From assembly GCF_009914755.1 (NCBI RefSeq), contig NC_060931.1: a stretch of DNA of 64,000 nt. One strand, 5' to 3'. Numbering within the stretch: position 1 is the stretch's first letter; every line of letters begins with the position of its first letter. This stretch comes from the human T2T-CHM13v2.0 reference genome, Homo sapiens. The translations under genes were made by a program, and so were the position numbers. This document shows positions 55,930 to 64,000 of this stretch, piece by piece. A model generated the notes under the pieces. The model ran no database searches and was not told the origin of the DNA. It saw nothing but the letters and a program-made list of their open reading frames with translations.

Positions 55930-57140
55930 CAAATAAAACCAAAATATTTCATTCCAAAATATATTTTCTTGACATGTTTCAAGATGGCTGTTCAGAGGGG
56001 CTGGAAATGCAAGAATAGCTGAAAAGCTGCCTTTTGTGAGCGAGATTTGCATCTGTAGAGAATCAACATTGATGCAGCCAGGCTTTCTCTGAGGCCCTCC
56101 CTTGTCTAGATCTAGGAAAGATTAACAGAAAGTCTGACGCCTTCAAGTCTGAAAGAAACATTTACCATCTATTCTCTCTGAGGGTGGCTACCTGCACAGT
56201 TTCATCTTTATAACAAGACGAACTTTGCCAGCCGGGCCTCTTCTTCTGTGCCTCTCATAACCTGTTTTGCCACCATAACCCGTTTTGCCATGACCTAAGC
56301 CCCTATTCTTTCTGTAACCTCAAGATGGTATAAAAAACCATCAGCCATTTTTCCTTTCTTTGAGATCTTATATTTTTTTCACAAGACAAACCTGCCTCTC
56401 AGCCTCATGAGAATCACTTACAATGAGCCTCAAAGAGAATAATTTACAAGTTAATTTATGTCTTTCTAGTCCATTCGTTTTCCCTTAAAATAACGTACTT
56501 CTCCTGAAAAGAATTGCCTATATTCCCCATCTCCTCCTTCCCCCTGGAGAAAGGGTATATAGGCCTCTGTACCCCACTAGGGGGTTGGGATAATCACTCT
56601 GTGGTTCTCTCCCCATACACGTTAATAAATTTGTATGCCTTTTCTTCTATTAATCTGCCTTTTGTCAGTTGCTTTTTCAGTGACCCTTCAGAGGGCTGAG
56701 AAAATAAAAAAAGCTTAGAGTGGTCTGAGCTATGGAAGGTATGCAGGCCCAGACAGACATGAGTACAGGCCTTCAGTTATGCCCCCTTTCCCTCCCACTC
56801 ATGCCTGGGGGCAATTGTTTAAAGTCATTTTTGTTCCTGACTTGCTGTCTCACTCATTATCTTCATGTTCCTGGAATTTGTGATACAAACAACAATGTAT
56901 AGCCATTCAATAGCTTGTTATTTTTATATAAATTCTTGGTAAACAACTCAGGAACTGCCTCTTCTTTCCCTTTAAAAATTCACTTGTAACTGCTGTTAAT
57001 CAGAGTGTGTAATCAAAGCAATTTGAATCTATGGTTCCAGGTTGCAATCCTCAGGCTTGGCCCAAATAAACTCTTACATTAATCTTGCTTGCCTCCACTT
57101 CTTTTTTTTTAGGTCATCAGGGCCAAGGGAAAATTTCCCT
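55930..57140 (+). mobile_element. MER4-group LTR homologous to 15152-15700, interrupted near its 3' end
   Basis: Shared blocks such as catttaccatctattctctct and gtaacctcaagatg. Confidence 0.7.
56697..57119 (+). mobile_element. ERV1 solo LTR nested in the preceding LTR
   Basis: TG...CA, aataaactc, 4-bp TSD gggc. Confidence 0.75.
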
Positions 57141-57412
57141 GACTGCTCTCAAAGAGCCTACAGTCCACAGTGAGAGAGAGAGGCGCGACTAAACAGCAGG
57201 ACAAAGGCTGGTGCTGACGGGCTGAGAGGCTTCAGGAGAAGGGTTAGCCAGGTAGAGGAGAATGCCTCCAGGTGAGGTACTGGGTCTGTGCAGAGGCAGG
57301 AAAGGGAAGTAACACGAGGCTGAAGGTAGAGCACGAAGAAGAGAAAGAGCTAAAAGTAGAGCAAGTGAACTTCATCAGAAAAGCAATGGAAAGATATTAA
57401 AGGGATTCAATT

Positions 57413-57968
57413 TGTTATAGGACTCCAGGTTCAATAGCCCATTGTGTGGTAAAAACCAATATACCAAAACAGCAGGGGTTACAGCAGAGAAAGAGTTCAA
57501 TAATCATAGGGCAGCCAAACCAGGAGATGGGAGGAACCTCAAATCTGCCTGCCTGAAGAGTTTTGGACGGGTTTTTAAGAACGTTTTGGTGGGAAGAAGG
57601 ATAAGGAGCTGTGATCACTGATTAGTTAGGGGGTGGGGGATGAAGTCATAACAATGTAGAAGCTGCATTCTGTGCTGAGTCAGTTCCTCGGAAGGGTTTT
57701 CAGTCTGGCAGGCATCCTCAGAATGCAGGATATGGAAAACATCTCAAATTTTAAAACCTGAGTTTTCTTAATATTAAAAATGTTATCTATAGAAACAAGG
57801 GAAGTTAGGACCTCATGACAGGGGCTATGTGACTTTTCAGCATTCAGCAACTGTAAGGAAGTGGGCTAAAAAGCTAGCTGGTTCATGCTTGACTATGCTT
57901 CTATTCAAGCTTATAATTTTGTTAAAACCTTGCAATTTTGTTTTATTAATTTCATGAGGATGGTTTCA
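57413..57968 (-). mobile_element. ERV1 solo LTR (family not resolved)
   Basis: tgttatagg...ggatggtttca; organisation similar to antisense LTR8-group elements. Confidence 0.55.
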
Positions 57969-58057
57969 AATTCAAGAAATAGACTGAGCATATTTTCACT
58001 TCAATAATCCAAAATATTAGTTAAATGTACCAAATGTTACTGAAGGAATTTCACTCA

Positions 58058-58523
<466 letters not shown>

Positions 58524-58625
58524 CTACTCTGATCAGTGTGAAAATAGATTCAGGAAGCCTTATAAAACACGTATCAGATCATGTTATTCTCTCAATATAT
58601 ATATATATATATATCTGTATATATC

Positions 58626-58928
58626 TGTATTAGGATTCCCTAGAGGGACAGAACTAATAGGATATATATATATAATATATATTTATATATAAATATAAAC
58701 ATATATATTAATATATTTTTATATATTATATATTATATATATTTATATTATATTAATATATTATATATTATATATAATAAATTATATAATATATATAATA
58801 TATAATATATAATAACTTAATATAATAGAAATATATTATATATATTTATATATAATATATAATATAGAGATTATAGATATATGTATATCCTATTAGTTCT
58901 GTCCCTCTACAGAACCCTGACTAATACA
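58626..58928. mobile_element. Rearranged MLT2 LTR: two U5 ends in inverted orientation around an AT tract
   Basis: 58641-58666 is the exact reverse complement of 58884-58909. Confidence 0.85.
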
Positions 58929-60801
58929 GATTTTAGTACCAGAAGTTGTTCTAGAGAAACAGAATATTAAGGATGGAGTTTTTTCATTGATTTTGGGGCT
59001 TCCTGAGTTGGCTGCTTAATATGATTAGACCCAAAAATGCTAAAGACTCTACTTTTAATATTATAGAGAACACCGATAGTCCTGTTTAGAGAGTTATGCA
59101 AAATAAATGCATTTGACACTCCTGATTTACCACTGCTTATGAGAGGCAAGGAGTTTAGTGACTCTATACATAATACCTTTGACTATACGTGGAGAACCAA
59201 GAAACATAATGAAGTTGGTTTGTTCCCCCTAAGTTCACTGGACAAAGTGATGAAAGAAAATGATAAAGTCAGGGATTCTAATTCCCGGCTTCAGAAGCAG
59301 ATACGGAGCCTCAAATCTGCTAAGATTGTCCTGAGTGAGAGTCTTATCTCCTGTAGAGAAAGAGCTGAAATTGTGAAAAAATAGGCACAAGCTCTTATCA
59401 CACGAGTGGCTGACCTGCAATGAAAGGTGCATGCACAGCCTCGCCAGGTGTCCACTGTTAAAGTGAGAGCATCGATTAGAAAAGAATGGGACTCTGCAAC
59501 TCAGAACGGGGATGTGTGGGAGGAGCCTGATGAAGCGGGGGACACTAAGCTTGTAAACTCTGATGAACCTTTTTTTTGCCAGAAGTAACAGCTTCCCTAT
59601 CCCCAGTAGTGGCAACATCCCCTCCCCAACCCATGCTGCCATCAGACTTTCCACCTTTGTCTGAGGAGATAAACCCTATGCTGCCTGAGGCAACAGTGAT
59701 AGCCTCCCCTAAGGAAATTGCCAGGCAAGATAATGTTGATTCCCCTCAGGAGCCACCCCCAACACCCCAGTTTTCTTCTAGACCTATAACTAGACTAAAG
59801 TCCCAGTGGGCCCCCAGAGGTGAGGTTCAGAGTGTGACCCATGAGGAGGTGCACTACACTCAAAAAAGAACTGCTTGAGTTTTCTAATTTATATAAGCAG
59901 AGAACAGGCATGGGAATGGATACTAAGGGTGTGGGATGATGATGGAAGGAACAGAGACTTGAATCAGACTGAATTTATTGATTTGGGCCCACTAAGTAGG
60001 GATTCTGCATTTAATGTTGCAGCTCGGGGAGTTAAAAAAGGTTCTAATAGTTTATTAGCTTCATTAGTTGAAATATGGATTAAAAGATGGTCCACTATGA
60101 GTGAGCTGGAAATGCCTGATCTCCCTTGGTTTAATGTAGAGGAAGGGATCCAAAGGCTTAGGGAGATTGGGATGGTGGAGTGGATTAGTGACTTTAGATC
60201 TACTCATCCCAGCTGAGAGGGTCCAGAAGATATACCCTTGTTCAATGCCTTGCAAAATAGATTTGTGATGGCAGCACCTGCATCTTTAAAGAGCTCTGTA
60301 ATTGCTCTTCTCTGTATGTCAGATCTAACAGTGGGAACTGCATTTACTCAACTACAAAATTTAAATGTAATGGGGAATAAACGAATCCTGAGGTGGCAGA
60401 GGCCAAGTGGCAGCACTCAGCCATCAAAGGCAAGGTGGGCGTAGCTACCATAATGGACAGCAGAGACAAAGCAGCAATCAAAATAGTCTGACTCACGTAC
60501 AGCTCTGGCATTGGCTAATTAATCACGATGTTCCTAGAAGTGAAATTGATAGGAAGCCATCTGCATTCCTACTTAATTTATATAAGCAGAAAACTTCTAG
60601 GTCGAATGGACTAATTTGAATTATAAAAACAGAATCATGTTCCCTCAATCAATTTCCAGACTTGAGCCAGTTTACAGACCCAGAACCTGTTGAATGAAGG
60701 GTCCTGTCGAATGCTGTTTACAGACCCAGAACCCGTTGAATGCTGGGTCCCCTTGAGGAAGGACCCCACTACACTACTGACAATTTATGCTGTTAATCTT
60801 T

Positions 60802-61104
60802 TTTTTTTCTTTTTTTTTTTTTGAGACAGAGCTTCACTCTGTCACCCAGGCTGGAGTGCAGAGGCATGATCTCTGCTCATGCAACCTCTGCCTCCCAGGT
60901 TCAATTGATTCTCCTGCCTCAGCCTCCCAAGTGGCTGGGATTACAGGCATGTGCCACTATGCCCAGCTAATTTTTGTCTTTTTAGTGAGATGGGGTTTCA
61001 CCATGTTGGCCAAGCTGGTTTCGAACTCACCTGACCTCAGGTGATCCACCCACCTTGGCCTCCCAAAGTGCTGGGATTACAGGTACAAGCCACCACACTC
61101 GGCC
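60802..61104 (-). mobile_element. AluS inserted in HERV-L
   Basis: TSD caatttatgctgttaatcttt at 60781 and 61105. Confidence 0.95.
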
Positions 61105-61149
61105 CAATTTATGCTGTTAATCTTTCTCCCGTCTCCATGGAGACCTCTG

Positions 61150-64000
61150 GCCTTTTACTAGGGTAACTGTGCATTGGGGAAAGGGAAATGATCAGACATT
61201 TTGAGAATTACTGGACACTGGCTCTGAGCTGACACTGATTACAGAGGACCCAAAACGTCACTGTGGTCCTCCAGTTAAAGTAGGGGCTTAGGCGGGGTCA
61301 GGTAATTAATAGAGTTTTAGCTCAGGTTCAACTTACAGTGGGTCCAGTGGGTCCCCAGGCTCATCCTGTGGTCAATTCCTCAGGGCCAGAGTGCATAATT
61401 GGCATAGACATACTTAGCAGCTGGCAGAACCCCCACATTGGCTCCCTGACTGGTAGGGTGAGGGCTATTATGGTGGGAAAGGCCAAATGGAAGCCATTAG
61501 AGCTGCCTCTACCTAGAAAAATAGTAAATCAAAAACAATATCACATCCTTGGAGGGACTGTGGAAATTAGTGCCACCATTAAGGACTTGAAAGACACAGA
61601 GGCGGTGACTCCCACCACATCCCCATTCAACTCTCCCATTTGGCCTGTGCAGAAGACAGATGGATCTTGGAGAATGACAGTGGATTATTGTAAACTTAAC
61701 CAAGTGGTGACTCCAATTGCAGCTGCTGTACCAGATGTGGTTCATTGCTTGAGCAAATCAACACATCTCCTGGTACCTGGTATGTAGCCATTGACTTGGC
61801 AAATGCCTTTTTCTCCATTGGCATCCATAAGGCCCACCAGAAGCCATTTGCCTTCAGCTGGCAAGGCCAGCAATATGCCTTTAGTGTCCTACCTCAGGAC
61901 ATATCAACTCTCTGGCTTTGTGTCATAATCTTATTCAGACAGACCTTGATTACTTTTTGCTTCTGCAAGATATCACAATGTTCCATTACATTGATGACAT
62001 TATGCTGATTAGATCCATTGAGCAAACACACTGGACTTATTGGTAAGACATTTGCATGCCAGAGGATGGGAAATAAATCTGACTAAAATTCAGGGACCTT
62101 CTACTTCAGTAAAATTTCCAGGAGTTTAATGGTTTGGGGCCTCTGGAGATAGGCCTTCTAAGGTGAACGATAAGTTGCTTCATTTGGCCCCTCTTACAAC
62201 CAAGAAAGAGACACAATGCCTAGTGGGCCTATTTGGATTTTGGAGGCAACACATTCCTCATTTGGGTGTGTTACTCCAGCTCATTTATTGAGTAATCCGA
62301 AAAGCTGCCAGGTTTGAGTGGAGTCCAAAAGAAGGCTCTGCAGCAGGTTCAGGCTGCTGTGCAAGCTGCTCTGCCATTTGGGCCATATGACCCAGCAGAT
62401 CCAATGGTGCTTGAGGTGTCAGTGGCAGATAGGGATGCTATTTGGAGCCTTTGGAACGCCGCCATTGGTGAATCACAGCGGAGGCCTCTAGGATTTTGGA
62501 GCAAGGCTCTCCTGTCTTCTGCAGATAACTACTCTCCTTTTGAGAGGCAGCTCTTGGCCTCTTACTGGGCTTTGGTGGAAACTGAACGTTTGACGGTGGG
62601 TCATCAAGTCACCCTGCGACCTGAACTGCCTATCATGAATTGGGTGCTTTCTGACCCATCTAGCCATAAAGTTAGTGGTGCACAGCAGCGTTCCATCATC
62701 AAATTGAAGTGGTATATACATGATTGGGTTCGAGCAGGTCCTGAAGGCACAAGTAAGTTACATGAGGAAGTGGCTCAAATGCCTATGGTCTTCCTTCCTG
62801 CCACCCTGCCTTGTCTCCCCTAGCCTGCACCGATGGCCTCATGGAGAGCTCCCTATGATCAGTTGAAAGAGAAAAAGAAGACTAGGACTTGGTTCACAGA
62901 TGGTTCTGCATGATATGCAGGCACCACCGGAAAGCAGACAGCTGCAGCACTACAGTCCCTTTCTAGGACATCCCTGAAGGACAACAGTGAAGGAAAATCT
63001 TCCCAGTGGGCATTACTTTGAGCAGTGCACCTGGTTGTGCACACTGCATGGAAGGAGGATGGCCGGATGTGCGATTACGTACTAATTCATAGGCTGCAGT
63101 CAAGGGTTTGGCTGGATGGTCAGGGACTTGGAAGAAGGATGATTGGAAAATTGGTGACAAAGAAATTTGGGGAAGAGGTATGTGGATGGACGTCTCTGAG
63201 TGGTCAAAAACTGTGGAGTTATTTGTATCCCATGTGAGTGCTCACCAAAGGGTGACTTCAGCAGAGGAGGATTTTAATAATCAAGTGGATAGGATGACTC
63301 ATTCTGTGGACACCACCCAGCCTCTTTCCCCAGCCACCTCTGTCATCACCCAATGGGCCCATGAACAAAGTGGCCACGGTGGTAGGGATGGAGGTCATGC
63401 ATGGGCTCAGCAACATGGACTTCCACTCACGAAGGCTGACCTGGCTACGGCCACTGGTGAGTGCCCAATTTGCCAGTAGCAGAGACCAATACTGAATCCT
63501 CAATATGGCACCATTCCTAGGGGGGATCAGCCAGTTACCTGGTGGCACGTTGATTATATTGGACCTCTTCCATCATGGAAAGGGCAGAGGTTTGTCTTCA
63601 CTGGAATAGAAACTTACTCTGCATATGGATTTGCCTATCCTGCATGCAATGCTTCTGCCAAGACTACCATCCGTGGACTCACATCCTTATCCATCATCAT
63701 GGTATTCCACACAGCATTGCCTCTGATCAAGACACTCACTTTACGGCTAAGGAAGTGAAGCAGTGGGCTCATGCTCATGGAATTCCCTGGTCTTACCATG
63801 TTCCCCGTAATCCTGAAGCAGCTGGATTGATAGAACGGTGGAATAGCCTTTTGAAGTCACAATTACAATGCCAACTAGGTGACAATACTTTTCAAGTCTG
63901 GGGCAAAGTTCCCCAGAAGGCCATGTATGCTCTGAATCAGCATCCAATACATGGTACTATTTCTCCCACAGCCAGGATTCACAGGTCCAGGAATCAAGGG
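61150..64000 (+). pseudogene. HERV-L pro-pol (protease, RT, RNase H, integrase) with stops and frameshifts
   Basis: Motifs are spread over several frames (ORFs 61338, 61745, 62314, 63108). Confidence 0.9.

Larger units (their letters stand above)
58929..64000 (+). mobile_element. HERV-L internal region (gag-pro-pol), defective, continues past the window
   Basis: Decayed PBS after the LTR; gag ORF fragments; LDTGS (61211); [21 protein letters not shown]; YIDD (61987); WFTDGS; HEQSGH...CPIC; WHVDYIGPLP. Confidence 0.95.

Noticed and set aside
61338-63479. Functional or domesticated reverse transcriptase or integrase
   Set aside because: Multiple stops and frameshifts; an Alu sits upstream in gag-pro

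Overview
Primate (human-like) intergenic DNA, dominated by repeats. I find no intact protein-coding gene, rRNA, tRNA or CRISPR array; the ORF track is almost entirely Alu, L1, ERV or simple-repeat artefact. Main content: more than 50 Alu or Alu fragments; an inverted, multiply interrupted L1PB-type element (~8.3-13.7 kb); many ERV1, ERVL, MaLR and ERVK solo LTRs in nested stacks; a decayed hAT (Tip100/Zaphod-like) transposase (~20.7-32.7 kb) split by a two-LTR MER51-type provirus (23775-32205, minus) that itself holds a THE1 remnant; Tigger4- and MER82-type DNA transposons; and a HERV-L gag-pro-pol relic (58.9 kb to the end) whose 5' LTR is replaced by an inverted pair of LTR ends. The most notable structures are a retroposed host transcript ending at a MER58 polyA signal inside the L1, the fold-back HERV-L LTR, several short templated insertions, and a few motif-rich unique islands. 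I cannot support a new biological system. Repeat subfamily names are recalled from consensus sequences and need Dfam/RepeatMasker confirmation; boundaries without a TSD are approximate.
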